Part shown: one piece after another, positions 30,076 through 42,325 of the stretch
Layout: each line of letters opens with the position of its first letter
Numbering within the stretch: the first letter of the stretch is position 1
NCBI GenBank assembly: GCA_019244185.1
Contig: JAFATB010000006.1
Span: 96,001-160,000, forward strand
Reading direction: 5' to 3'
From: Acidobacteriota bacterium
GTDB taxonomy: Bacteria; Acidobacteriota; Thermoanaerobaculia; Gp7-AA8
DNA: 64,000 nt
Program-made: the position numbers and the translations under genes
Notes under the pieces: generated by a model
Seen by the model: only the letters and a program-made list of their open reading frames with translations
Database searches by the model: none
Told to the model about the DNA's origin: nothing

Positions 30076-31648
30076 TCAGGAACCGGGCGCCGAGTCCAAA
30101 CCGGCCGTGCAGGTGCTCGACGCGCCCGCGCTGCTCGAAGACATCATCAACAGCGGCAACCTCGCGCGCACGCCCCGCGAGACCGCCCTCAAGCTCCTCA
30201 ACGAGTTCGTCAAGCAGATCGTCAAGGACGACCAGATCGCCGCGGATCAGAAGCACGACGTGATCCAGAAGATCCAGCGCCAGGTCGCCGCCATCGACGA
30301 GGCCATCAGCGCCAAGGTCGACGCGATCCTGCACGACAAGAAGTTCCAGAAGCTCGAGTCCGCGTGGCGCGGCCTGCACTACCTGGTCATGAACACCGAG
30401 ACCAGCACGCGCCTCAAGCTGCGCGTCCTCTGCGTCGATCCGGTCACGATCGGCAAGGACCTCGCGCAGGCGGCCGACGTCGACCAGAGCTCGCTCTTCA
30501 AGAAAGTCTACGAAGAGGAGTACGGCACGTACGGCGGCAATCCGTTCAGCGTGCTCGTCGCCGACTACGAGTTCGGCCGCAACGCGCCCGACATCGAGTT
30601 GCTCAAGAACCTCTCGAAGGTCGCCGCCGCCGCGCACACGCCGCTCATCGCCGCGGCGTCGCCGGGCCTCTTCGACATGGAGTCGTTCACGGAGCTCGGC
30701 AACCCGCGCGATCTCGCCAAAGTGTTCGAGAGCTCCGAGCTCGCCGCGTGGCGTTCGTTCCGTGAGAGCGAGGACGCGCGCTACGTCACGCTCACGCTCC
30801 CGCGCTTCCTCATCCGCCTGCCGTACGGCGACAAGACGGTCCCCGTCGAAGGCTTCGGCATGCAGGAAGACGTCAGCAACGGCGCGGAAGTGGCCGTCGT
30901 CGTGCCGGAAGGCGCCGATGAGAAGACCGCCGACATGCTCCTCGTGCGCGCGAAGAACCGCCGCCCGAAGGTGCACGCGAAGTACCTCTGGGGCAGCTCC
31001 GCGTACGTCCTCGCGCAGCGCATCACCAACGCGTTCGCGATGTACGGCTGGTGCGCCGCCATCCGCGGTCCCGAAGGCGGCGGCATGGTGCGCAGCCTCC
31101 CGGCCTTCACGGTCGAGAGCGAAGAAGGCGACAAGACGCTGCAGTGCCCGACCGAGCTCGCGATCACCGATCGCCGCGAGAAAGAGCTCGACTCGCTCGG
31201 CTTCATCTCGCTGCTGCACTGCAAGGGCACCGACTACGCGGCGTTCTTCGGCGGGCAGACGATCCACAAGCCCCCCGTGTTCGATACCGACGCCGCGAAT
31301 GCGAACGCCGCGATCTCCTCGCGCCTGCCGTACATCCTCGCCGCGTCGCGTTTCGCGCACTACCTCAAGGTCATCTGCCGCGACAAGGTCGGCAGCTTCC
31401 AGACCAAGGACACGCTCTCGCAGTTCCTCAACCGCTGGATCATGACCTACGTCCTCGGCACCGACGACGCCGGTCAGGAGCTCAAGGCGCAGTATCCGCT
31501 GCGCGAGGCGCGCATCGACGTCGTCGATGTTCCGGGCAAGCCCGGCGCGTACCGCGCGGTCGCGTTCCTGCGTCCGCACTTCCAGCTCGAAGAGCTCACG
31601 GCGTCGATCCGCCTCGTCGCGGAACTGCCGCCGCCGGCCGCCGCCTGA
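30068..31648 (+). CDS. tssC: T6SS sheath large subunit TssC
   Basis: FQKLESAWRGL, EEEYGTYGG, RLPYG, ITDRREKEL, RFAHYLK, LRPHFQLEEL. Confidence 0.97.
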   Translation: MADQEPGAESKPAVQVLDAPALLEDIINSGNLARTPRETALKLLNEFVKQIVKDDQIAADQKHDVIQKIQRQVAAIDEAISAKVDAILHDKKFQKLESAWRGLHYLVMNTETSTRLKLRVLCVDPVTIGKDLAQAADVDQSSLFKKVYEEEYGTYGGNPFSVLVADYEFGRNAPDIELLKNLSKVAAAAHTPLIAAASPGLFDMESFTELGNPRDLAKVFESSELAAWRSFRESEDARYVTLTLPRFLIRLPYGDKTVPVEGFGMQEDVSNGAEVAVVVPEGADEKTADMLLVRAKNRRPKVHAKYLWGSSAYVLAQRITNAFAMYGWCAAIRGPEGGGMVRSLPAFTVESEEGDKTLQCPTELAITDRREKELDSLGFISLLHCKGTDYAAFFGGQTIHKPPVFDTDAANANAAISSRLPYILAASRFAHYLKVICRDKVGSFQTKDTLSQFLNRWIMTYVLGTDDAGQELKAQYPLREARIDVVDVPGKPGAYRAVAFLRPHFQLEELTASIRLVAELPPPAAA

Positions 31649-31677
31649 TGCGCGCGGTCTGAAGAAGGAGACCAACG

Positions 31678-32184
31678 ATGGCAACCAACATGTACATCAA
31701 GTTCGAAGAGCCGGCGATCGAGGCCGCGAGCACTGCCGCGGGCCACGAGAAGGAGCTCGAGGTCCTGTCGTGGAGCCATGGCTTCGCGCAGCCGACGAGC
31801 GCCACGCGCAGCACCGCCGGCGGCGGCACGGTCGAACAGGCGTCGCACCAGAACCTCAGCTTCACCAAGTACCTCGACTCGGCCACGCACGCGCTGCTCA
31901 AGTACTGCTGGAGCGGCAAGCAGATCGGCAAGGCCACGCTCACCTGCTACCGCTCCTCGGGCGCGGAAGACAACAAGCCGGTCGAGTACCTCAAGGTCGT
32001 GATGGAGCACGTGATCATCTCCAACTACAGCGTCTCCGGCGGCCCCGGCGACCTGCCGGTGGAGAACGTCGCCCTCGACTACGGCATCATCCAGTACAAC
32101 TACGTCGACCAGAAGCACGCCGACGGCTCGGCCGACGGCAACAAGCCGGCCAAGCACAACCTCGAGACCAGGAAGATCGAGTAG
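31678..32184 (+). CDS. hcp: T6SS tube protein Hcp (TssD)
   Basis: IEAASTAAGHEKELEVLSWSHG, FTKYLDSAT, PVENVALDYG. Confidence 0.95.
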   Translation: MATNMYIKFEEPAIEAASTAAGHEKELEVLSWSHGFAQPTSATRSTAGGGTVEQASHQNLSFTKYLDSATHALLKYCWSGKQIGKATLTCYRSSGAEDNKPVEYLKVVMEHVIISNYSVSGGPGDLPVENVALDYGIIQYNYVDQKHADGSADGNKPAKHNLETRKIE

Positions 32185-32190
32185 TTGCTC

Positions 32191-32661
32191 ATGGCCGCAA
32201 ACGAGATCCATGTCCGCGCCCCGCTGTTCGACCGTCTGGTCGACGGCAACGCCATGGACCATGAAACACGCCCGTTGCGCACGCTCGATCGTGCGGGGCT
32301 GAAGCAGTCGGTGCGCCGGGAGCTCGAGCTCCTCTTCAACACGCGCTGCGCGCTCCCGGTGCACCACCTTCCCCCGTCCGAACGAACGGTCGCCGACTAC
32401 GGCGTGCCCGATCTCACGCTGTTCTCCGCTCGCGATCCGGCGGACCGCGCGTCGCTCGCCGACGCGCTCCGCCGCGCCGCGACGGCCTACGAGCCTCGCC
32501 TGCGCGACGTCCGCGTTGACGTCGTGCCGGCCGGCCCGAGCGAGCGCGCCGTCAGCGCCAACTTCTCGGCGCTCCTCGTCATCGAAGGCGTCCCCGAGTC
32601 GGTCTCATTCGAAGCGGTCCTGTCGGTCCGGGATGGAAAGGTCCACGTCGATGCCGGCTAA
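32191..32661 (+). CDS. tssE: T6SS baseplate subunit TssE
   Basis: PLFDRL, SVRRELELLFNTR, YGVPD, YEPRL. Confidence 0.93.
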   Translation: MAANEIHVRAPLFDRLVDGNAMDHETRPLRTLDRAGLKQSVRRELELLFNTRCALPVHHLPPSERTVADYGVPDLTLFSARDPADRASLADALRRAATAYEPRLRDVRVDVVPAGPSERAVSANFSALLVIEGVPESVSFEAVLSVRDGKVHVDAG

Positions 32662-34468
32662 CGAAGATGTGCTGCGCTGTTACCTCGAAGAGCTCTCCTA
32701 CCTCCGCCGCATGGGCGAGCGGTTCGCGCACGAACACCCGAAGATCGCGCGCCGGCTCGAGCTGCAGTCCGACGAGTGCCCCGATCCGCACGTCGAACGG
32801 TTGATCGAGTCGTTCGCGTTTCTCACCGCGCGCATCCAGAGCAATCTCGAACACGACTTCCCCGAGGTCGCGTCGGAGCTGCTCAATGTCTTGTATCCGC
32901 ATTACCTGAATCCGATTCCGTCGATGACCATCGTCCGCTTCGATCTCGATCCGGACGCGAAGCTCACCGAGCCGCAGGTCGTGCCGCGGCAGACGCAGCT
33001 CTTCACGCACACCGCGGAAGGCGCGGTGGTGCGCTTCCGCACCGCGTATCCGGTGACGCTCTGGCCGATCGAAGTCGTCGACGCCACGTTCGGCGCCGCG
33101 ACGGAGCTCGAGCTCCCCGCGCGACGCGCGCGTCCCGCATCCGTGCTGCGCCTGCGCCTCCGTTCCCGCGGCGAATCGTTCGAGCGCCTCGGCGTGGACC
33201 GGCTGCGCTTCTACCTGCACGGCGACATGGTCGTGAATCGCCTCTATCCGATGATGCTGGCGCCCACGGCCGCGAATGACCGTAAGCGCGTCGCCGTCGT
33301 GCCCGCGGAATCGCGTGACGTGCCCGACCTGCCGTATCTCTCCGTCGAACAGGTCGGCTTCGGCGACGACGAGGACGTCATCCACTACCCGCGGCAGTCG
33401 CATCCCGCGTATCGCTTGCTGCAGGAGTACTTCGCCTTCGAGGAGAAGTTCCACTTCATCGACGTCGCCGGACTGCGCGGCCGCGCGTTTGGTCAAGAGA
33501 TTGACCTTCTGTTTCTCCTCGACGGCGACCCGCGCCACCGCCTGCTCGTCTCCGCGGAAGCGTTCGAGCTCGGCTGCACGCCCGCGGTGAACCTCTTCGA
33601 GATGCGCAGCGAGCCGATTCGCATCGACCACCGCCGCACCGACTACAAGCTCACCGCCGACTATCGCCGCGAGCGCGCCATCGAGATCCATTCGATCCGC
33701 TCCGTCTCCGGCTCGTCCGACGTCAACGAGACCTCGCGCGAATACGCGCCGTTCTACAGCTACACGCACGCGATGGCCCGGCGCGCGCAGAGCGCGTTCT
33801 GGCACGCGCGGCGCGTCCCCAGCCTGCGCGACGACGCCTTCGGCAGCGAGATCTTCCTCTCGTTCCACGACAGCGACTTCGATCCCGCGAAGCCGGCCGA
33901 CGAGGTCGTGTTCGCGCACCTCCTCTGCACGAACGGCCGCCTCGCCGCGGAGCTCCCCGCGGGTTGCTCGCTGCAGACCGACGACTCGCTTCCGGTGCGC
34001 GCGATCGTCAACCTGCGCAAGCCGACGCGCCCGTTCGCGCCGCAGCATCGCGGCGAGGCGCTCTGGCGGCTCGTCTCGCATCTCTCGCTCAACTACCTCA
34101 CGCTCGAAGGCGAGGAAGCGGTCAAGGCGCTGCGCGAGATCCTGTTTCTCTACGCCACGCCCGACTCGCGCGCGCAACGCCAGCGCATCGACGGCATCAA
34201 GTCGCTCGCCGCCGAATCCGCCGTGCGGCGCATGCCCGGCGGCGCGTGGAACGGCTTCGTGCGCGGGACCAGGATCTCGCTCACCTTCGACGACTCGCTC
34301 TACGCCGGACACGCGGCGTTTCTCTTCGGCTCCGTGCTGAGCCAGTTCCTCGGGCTGCACGCATCGATCAACTCCTTCACGCAGCTGTCCGTGCTGCGCG
34401 AAGGCGACGAGCATCACGAGAAAGGAATGCAATGGCCGGCGATGGCGGGCGGCAGAGCCGTCCTCTGA
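32651..34468 (+). CDS. tssF: T6SS baseplate subunit TssF
   Basis: DPHVERLIESFAFL, YPHYLNPIPS, LLQEYFAFEEKF, WRLVSHLSLNY, SINSFTQL. Confidence 0.96.
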   Translation: MPANEDVLRCYLEELSYLRRMGERFAHEHPKIARRLELQSDECPDPHVERLIESFAFLTARIQSNLEHDFPEVASELLNVLYPHYLNPIPSMTIVRFDLDPDAKLTEPQVVPRQTQLFTHTAEGAVVRFRTAYPVTLWPIEVVDATFGAATELELPARRARPASVLRLRLRSRGESFERLGVDRLRFYLHGDMVVNRLYPMMLAPTAANDRKRVAVVPAESRDVPDLPYLSVEQVGFGDDEDVIHYPRQSHPAYRLLQEYFAFEEKFHFIDVAGLRGRAFGQEIDLLFLLDGDPRHRLLVSAEAFELGCTPAVNLFEMRSEPIRIDHRRTDYKLTADYRRERAIEIHSIRSVSGSSDVNETSREYAPFYSYTHAMARRAQSAFWHARRVPSLRDDAFGSEIFLSFHDSDFDPAKPADEVVFAHLLCTNGRLAAELPAGCSLQTDDSLPVRAIVNLRKPTRPFAPQHRGEALWRLVSHLSLNYLTLEGEEAVKALREILFLYATPDSRAQRQRIDGIKSLAAESAVRRMPGGAWNGFVRGTRISLTFDDSLYAGHAAFLFGSVLSQFLGLHASINSFTQLSVLREGDEHHEKGMQWPAMAGGRAVL

Positions 34469-35528
34469 AGCGCTCCGTGCGCGACGAGCTGTTCGACCAC
34501 GCGTCGGAGTTCTCCTTCGCGCAGGCCGTGCATCTGCTCGAGCGCATGCGCGAAGACGCCACGCCTCCGGGCGAGGGCGTGAGCCCGCGGCGCGAGCTCG
34601 CGCTCTTCCGCCACGCCGTGCGCCTCGATCGTCCCGACAGCGACATCGAAGAGCTGACGCCGGCGCTGGACGATCAGCCGCCGGTCATGACCGTCAACGT
34701 GCTCGGTCTCACCGGCACCGAGGGTCCGCTTCCGCAGCACGTCACCGAGCGCGTCGTCGAGCGCGCGTTCCGCGGCGACCGCGCGTGGCGCGACTTCCTC
34801 GACATCTTCAATCACCGCCTGATCTCGCTGCTCTATCGCGCGCGGAAGAAGTACCGGCCCGCGCTCGACGCGCGCGGCCCGCATCGCGGCCGCGTCGCGT
34901 CCGTCCTCTATGCGATCCTCGGCCTCGGCACGCCGCACCTGCGCAACCGCCTCGGCATCGACGACCGCGCGCTGCTTCCGTACGCCGGTCTCTTCGCCGA
35001 GAACACGCGCTCGACCATCGGTCTCGAGCGCATCGTCGAAGACTGCTTCGGCGTGCGCGCGACCGTCGTGCCGTTCCGCGGCCAGTGGCACACGCTCGAA
35101 GACGACGACCGCACGCACCTCGGCGTCACGGGACAGAACCAGCTCCTCGGCCGCGGCGCGGTGCTCGGGCGTTCGATCTGGGACGAGGCCGCGGGCTTCG
35201 AGCTGCGCCTCGGACCGCTCTCGCTGCCGCAGTTTCTGTCCTTCCTTCCGGGCGGACATGCATATCGTTCGCTCGCGGCCGTCGTGCGCTTTTACATCCG
35301 GGAGGAGCTCGGCTTCACCATCCGTCCGGTGCTGCGGAAAGATGCCGTTCCGCGCCTCCGCATCTCCCGCCACGGCCACGCGAGCCTCGGCCGCACGTCG
35401 TGGCTGCACCGCACGCCGCACAAGCTCGGCAACGCGCGCAAGCTCGGTCCCGCGTTGCGCCTCGGCGACAACACGCGCCTCACGCGCGACACCTCCGACG
35501 ACACGCAGGTGCGGCTGGTGGCGCGCCG

Positions 35529-35532
<4 letters not shown>
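34432..35532 (+). CDS. tssG: T6SS baseplate subunit TssG
   Basis: FSFAQAVHLLE, GLTGTEGPLP, DFLDIFNHRL, FLPGG. Confidence 0.94.
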
Positions 35533-38092
<2,560 letters not shown>

Positions 38093-38096
<4 letters not shown>

Positions 38097-38833
38097 AGCG
38101 CCGCGTGCGACTCACGATCGACCGCCGCGTCGCGCGAACCGCACTGGCCGCGCTGGCAATGCTGCACCTGCTCGTCCTGGCGTGCGGCGCGCTCGTCGCG
38201 ATGCGGCCGCGCGAACCCGAAGAGGCCACGCCGATTGCCGCGCCGCTCGTCGCCGCCACGACCGCGGTGCCGCCCTCCGCCCTCCCGCTCCCGCTGCCGC
38301 CGCTCGCGTCACAAACGCGCACCGCGCCGTTCATGCGCGCGGCATTCGACGCCCAGCCGCCCGCCGCGACGTTCTCCGCCGCGCTCGCGCGTCCGCTGTT
38401 CGTCGCGCGCCGCACGTCGACGCGCACCGCGCGCTTCGCGCCGCTCATCGACGCCGCCGCGCGCGAGCACGATCTCCCGCCGCTCCTCGTCACCGCCATC
38501 GCGCGCGTCGAATCCGACTTCGATCCATACGAGGTCTCGAACAAAGGCGCGCGCGGATTGCTGCAAGTGATGCCCGAGACCGGCGCGCGCTTCGGCGTGC
38601 ACCCGTCGCTGCTGTTCGATCCCGAGCGCAACCTCGCCGCCGGTACCGCCTACCTCGCCTGGCTCATGGACCGCTACCGCGGCAACCTCGATCTCGCCCT
38701 CGCCGCCTACAACGCCGGCGAAGGCGCTGTCGACAACTACCGCGGCATCCCGCCGTATCGCGAGACGCAGAACTACGTGCGCAAGGTGCGCGCGGAGCTG
38801 CGCAACCTCGAGTGGCGCGCGTCGGCGGAGTGA
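38093..38833 (+). CDS. SLT-domain lytic transglycosylase, last gene of the tss operon
   Basis: VESDF, SNKGARGLLQVMPET, LAAYNAGEG, PPYRETQNYV; N-terminal TM. Confidence 0.92.
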
Positions 38834-38840
38834 CGCGTTC

Positions 38841-40037
38841 CTACGTGTACTTGCCGGTGAATCGGCGGCGCGTGGAGCGATCGAGATTGCTGATGTCGCC
38901 GTACGCGTTGGCGATCGACTGGTTCGTCTCATCGCGCAGTTGCGAGCCCCATCCGCGACGCACCGGTCCCTGATAGGCGGCATCGGCCGGCGAGTAACCG
39001 AGTCCCGCCATCACCCTCCAATGGACCCAGTCGTCGGAAGGATCTTCCGCTTCGATCGGCACCGCCATGGTCACGCCTTCGACGCGCAACTCCGCCGCGC
39101 ACGCCTTGCAGATCGGCTTGTTGACCCAGATCGTCGTGCCGGCCAACGCCTTCGCATGATGTTTGAAGAAGGCCACCATGCGCATCTCGGCGTGCCAGCC
39201 GGTGTGACGCGAGCCCGCGTCGACGTACGTGACGCCGAGCGCCGCCATCGCGTCCTGGCAGTTGCGGCAGTTGTCCTGTTCGATGAGGTAATACGCGCCG
39301 CCCGACTGCAGCAGCGCGGTCGTTCCCTGCGAGTCGCCGCCCGAGCGCGTGTCCGCGCGCAGCTGGCGTAAGCCGTCCATGCTTTTCAGATGCGCCACGG
39401 GATCGGCCGGAGCGCCGCCGACGTCATCGTTCCGGCCGCCGAGACAGTAGCTCAGTCCCCAGGCCACCGCGCCGACGGTCGCCACCGCCGCGAGTCCGAG
39501 GCCGATGGTGATCGGTTCGATCCGCTGCACGGTCGCGCCGCCGAACCTCGGCTGCACGAGCCGCGGCACGTGCGCCGCGGCTTGCTGTCCCAGCCGGTGC
39601 GCCTCCGACTCCAGCATCGGATCGTGCACGACGGCCACGCCGCTGCCGAACGGATTGCGCACGCGGGCGGCGCGCTGCTGCACCACGTGCGCGAGCTCGT
39701 GACCGAGCATCTGCTGCCCGTGACGGCTGACCGGATCATAGTGGCCGGGCGCGAAGTGAATGTTCGAGCCGCGCGTGAATGCCGTCGCGCCGATCGCCGT
39801 CGCCCCGGGACCGACGTGGATGCGCACGTCCGCGAAGGACGTGCGGAAAAACGACTCCATCTTCTGGCGCACCGCGACCGGCAGCGGTTGTCCCGTGCCG
39901 TGCGTCTGCATCGCAAGCTGCGGCGGCAGTTGCACCGACGAGCCGGTGGGCGTCGCGCGCCGCTGCAGCACCGGCGACGCGATCCGCGTGAGCCCGTTCG
40001 GAAAAGCGCCTTGAATCACGTCGCCGGAATTGTGCAT
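38841..40037 (-). CDS. DUF4157 (eCIS-core)-like protein with TM segment and C-terminal deaminase toxin domain
   Basis: GQPLP...KMESFF...DVRIH...AIGATAFTRGSNIHFAPG...LGHELAHVVQQ; VQR; TM ITIGLGLAAVATVGAVAWGL; deaminase motifs HAE and PICKAC. Confidence 0.85.
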   Translation of the reverse strand: MHNSGDVIQGAFPNGLTRIASPVLQRRATPTGSSVQLPPQLAMQTHGTGQPLPVAVRQKMESFFRTSFADVRIHVGPGATAIGATAFTRGSNIHFAPGHYDPVSRHGQQMLGHELAHVVQQRAARVRNPFGSGVAVVHDPMLESEAHRLGQQAAAHVPRLVQPRFGGATVQRIEPITIGLGLAAVATVGAVAWGLSYCLGGRNDDVGGAPADPVAHLKSMDGLRQLRADTRSGGDSQGTTALLQSGGAYYLIEQDNCRNCQDAMAALGVTYVDAGSRHTGWHAEMRMVAFFKHHAKALAGTTIWVNKPICKACAAELRVEGVTMAVPIEAEDPSDDWVHWRVMAGLGYSPADAAYQGPVRRGWGSQLRDETNQSIANAYGDISNLDRSTRRRFTGKYT

Positions 40038-40069
40038 GGATGCCCGGACGGAAGTATGCGCCGGCACGG

Positions 40070-40498
40070 TCAGCAGCGCCAGCGCAACCGTACGCCGAAG
40101 ATGGCCGCACCCGCCGCGACGATCGCGAACGCCGCGCCGCCGCTGATCGTGGCGTACAGCAGCGAGAGATGCATGGTGTGCCATGCGACCGCGAATCCAT
40201 ACGCGACTCCTGCCACGGCGCTGCACGCGATTGCGACGATTACCTGCAACCACGCCGTCGCGTTGCGCAGAAGGCCGATGCAGAGTCCGCACAAGACGGC
40301 CAGCGGCGCCGCGCGCAGATACAGCGACGGCCCGAGGAAGAGCAGCATCGCAGGAACGTCGGCGAGGTTCTCCGAGAGCTGCGGGAGAAACAACGTGTAG
40401 ATGACAACGCTGAGCGCAACCGCCGGCAGCGCCAGCACCGCCGCGGCCGCGGCATAGCGCAGCAATCGCGCGGTTGCCAGCGACGCGGCGTCCGCCAT
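40070..40498 (-). CDS. Four-TM membrane hypothetical protein
   Basis: Four hydrophobic stretches; start uncertain. Confidence 0.55.
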   Translation of the reverse strand: MADAASLATARLLRYAAAAAVLALPAVALSVVIYTLFLPQLSENLADVPAMLLFLGPSLYLRAAPLAVLCGLCIGLLRNATAWLQVIVAIACSAVAGVAYGFAVAWHTMHLSLLYATISGGAAFAIVAAGAAIFGVRLRWRC

Positions 40499-40505
40499 CT
40501 CGCGG

Positions 40506-40679
40506 TCATTCTCGCAGAACGCGTACGAGAACGCGGTCAATGCCGACGCGAAGCTGCGCGACAAATTCCTCGACGAGCTGCTCGCCGCGAAGAACGCGGG
40601 CAGACTGAAAGAGGCGTACGTCGACGCGGCCGTGAAGCGCTGCGAAGAGCCCGGCGAAGTAACCCAGCGCGCACCTTAA
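40506..40679 (+). pseudogene. Start-less 3' gene fragment
   Basis: Reads ...QNAYENAVNADAKLRDKFLDELLAAKNAGRLKEAYVDAAVKRCEEPGEVTQRAP* with host codon usage; upstream in-frame TAG and no start. Confidence 0.4.
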
Positions 40680-42271
40680 CTGACGAGCAGCGCCAGCTCG
40701 GCCATCCGTTTCAGATGGTGCTCGACGAGCGCCTCGAGCACGGACGGGATGCGGCTCGGATCGGGGATCGCAGTGCCGCCGGCGTGAATGTCGAGTCGTC
40801 CCGCGGCGGCTTCGGCGTCGAGGAAGCGCACGAGCGCGGCGCGGTCGCGCGTGCCGTCGAGTTGCAGGAGGAGCGTCCGCGCGAGCGGGTCATCGAACTT
40901 CAGCACGCGGCCGCGCTGGTTCGTCACGAGCAAGCCGCGCGCGGCCTCGCGGCGTGCGAACGGCGTCGCCCGCGGGTGTTCGCTCACCACGCTCGTGCAG
41001 AGCGGTGCCGCCGTGTGCAGCAGGACCACGCCGCTCCAGAAGAGCGCGTGCAGCAGATCGGGCAGCACCTCATCCGCGTCGTCGGGCGCGCCTGCGGCAC
41101 GCAGGCGGCGATGCACGTCCGACGCGAGCTCGTCCAACGAAAGCGCGCCGGGCCACGCGGCCGCGAGCGCGACCAGCGTCGCCTTCGCCACCGGATGGCT
41201 CGACGAGAACGGCTTCCCGCGCTCGTTGTGAAAGCTCTCGCTCATCCCCGTGCGCAGATCGGGCGCGGCGCTCTGCGGCTTGCTCGGCGACGCCGCGTAC
41301 AACGCGCGCATCGTCTCCGGCCGCATCGTCCGATCCAGCGCGCGCTCGCCGTGCGCGAGCAGCGTGCGGCGGAACGTGCGGTTCAGCACGAAGTCGAGAT
41401 ACTGCTCGAGCTCGATGCGATCGCTCGCGAACGCGCGCAACTGCTGCGCGACGTTCGCCGGCAGGTTGTCGACTTCCGCCTCGTGCGCCTCCGCCTCCGA
41501 CACGTACTGCAATCCGTGCCGCGACGCGCGCCATGCAAAATCACGAAAGTAGAGCGGCGCGTTCGTCTCCTCGAGGTACTCGTGCAGCACGTAGCTCGGC
41601 TGATCGCGATACTCCTCGAGATGCTCGCGCGCGCCGCGCAGGTAGACCGCGTGCGGATCCTGCGCATCGCCCGCCGCATCGGCCAGCACGGCCACGAGCT
41701 CGAACGCCTTCGCCGCGCGCAGCTCCGGCTCGTCGATGCCGCGCGTATGAAACAGCAGCATCTCGCGCAGCATCCGCCGCAGGTGCCAGCCGGGGTACGT
41801 GTTGTAGCTGATGTACGCGAGGCCCTGCGGCGCGAGCTGCGCGCGCACGATCGCGAGAATGCGCTCCTGCACGTCGGGCGTCACCCACGAGAAGACGCCG
41901 TGGCAGAGGATGTAGTCGAACGTGCCGAACGACGCGTCGAAGTCGAGGATGCTCATCGCGCGCAGCTCGACGTTCTCGATCCCGAGTTCCGCGAGCTCCG
42001 CCCGTCCTTCTTCGATCTGCCGCGGTGAGAGATCGATCCCGACGAAGCGCGACTCCGGAAACGCCATCGCCATCGGAATCAAGTTCGCGCCGTTCGCACA
42101 TCCGAGCTCGAGGACGCGGCAGCGCTCCGGCAGCGCAGGCGTCAGCCCGTGCAGACGCGCGAGCGTGGCCAGCCGGTCGGGATGCGTGTGATGTTGCGCG
42201 GCCGCGGCGTACGGCACGAGCTCGTACGAATGGCGAACCTTCCCTTCGACGTCACGATTCTCCGGCGTCAT
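40676..42271 (-). CDS. Class I SAM methyltransferase with methyltransferase-regulatory-type domain
   Basis: SYELVPY...THPDRL, VLELGCANGANL, FDYILCHGVFSWV, YISYNTYPGW, HEYLE, EQYLDF, RTFRRTLL. Confidence 0.9.
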   Translation of the reverse strand: MTPENRDVEGKVRHSYELVPYAAAAQHHTHPDRLATLARLHGLTPALPERCRVLELGCANGANLIPMAMAFPESRFVGIDLSPRQIEEGRAELAELGIENVELRAMSILDFDASFGTFDYILCHGVFSWVTPDVQERILAIVRAQLAPQGLAYISYNTYPGWHLRRMLREMLLFHTRGIDEPELRAAKAFELVAVLADAAGDAQDPHAVYLRGAREHLEEYRDQPSYVLHEYLEETNAPLYFRDFAWRASRHGLQYVSEAEAHEAEVDNLPANVAQQLRAFASDRIELEQYLDFVLNRTFRRTLLAHGERALDRTMRPETMRALYAASPSKPQSAAPDLRTGMSESFHNERGKPFSSSHPVAKATLVALAAAWPGALSLDELASDVHRRLRAAGAPDDADEVLPDLLHALFWSGVVLLHTAAPLCTSVVSEHPRATPFARREAARGLLVTNQRGRVLKFDDPLARTLLLQLDGTRDRAALVRFLDAEAAAGRLDIHAGGTAIPDPSRIPSVLEALVEHHLKRMAELALLVS

Positions 42272-42325
42272 TGGGCGAGCGCCGGCGCGGCGCATCCCGG
42301 AGGCACCGGCGCCGGGAGCATCGGC

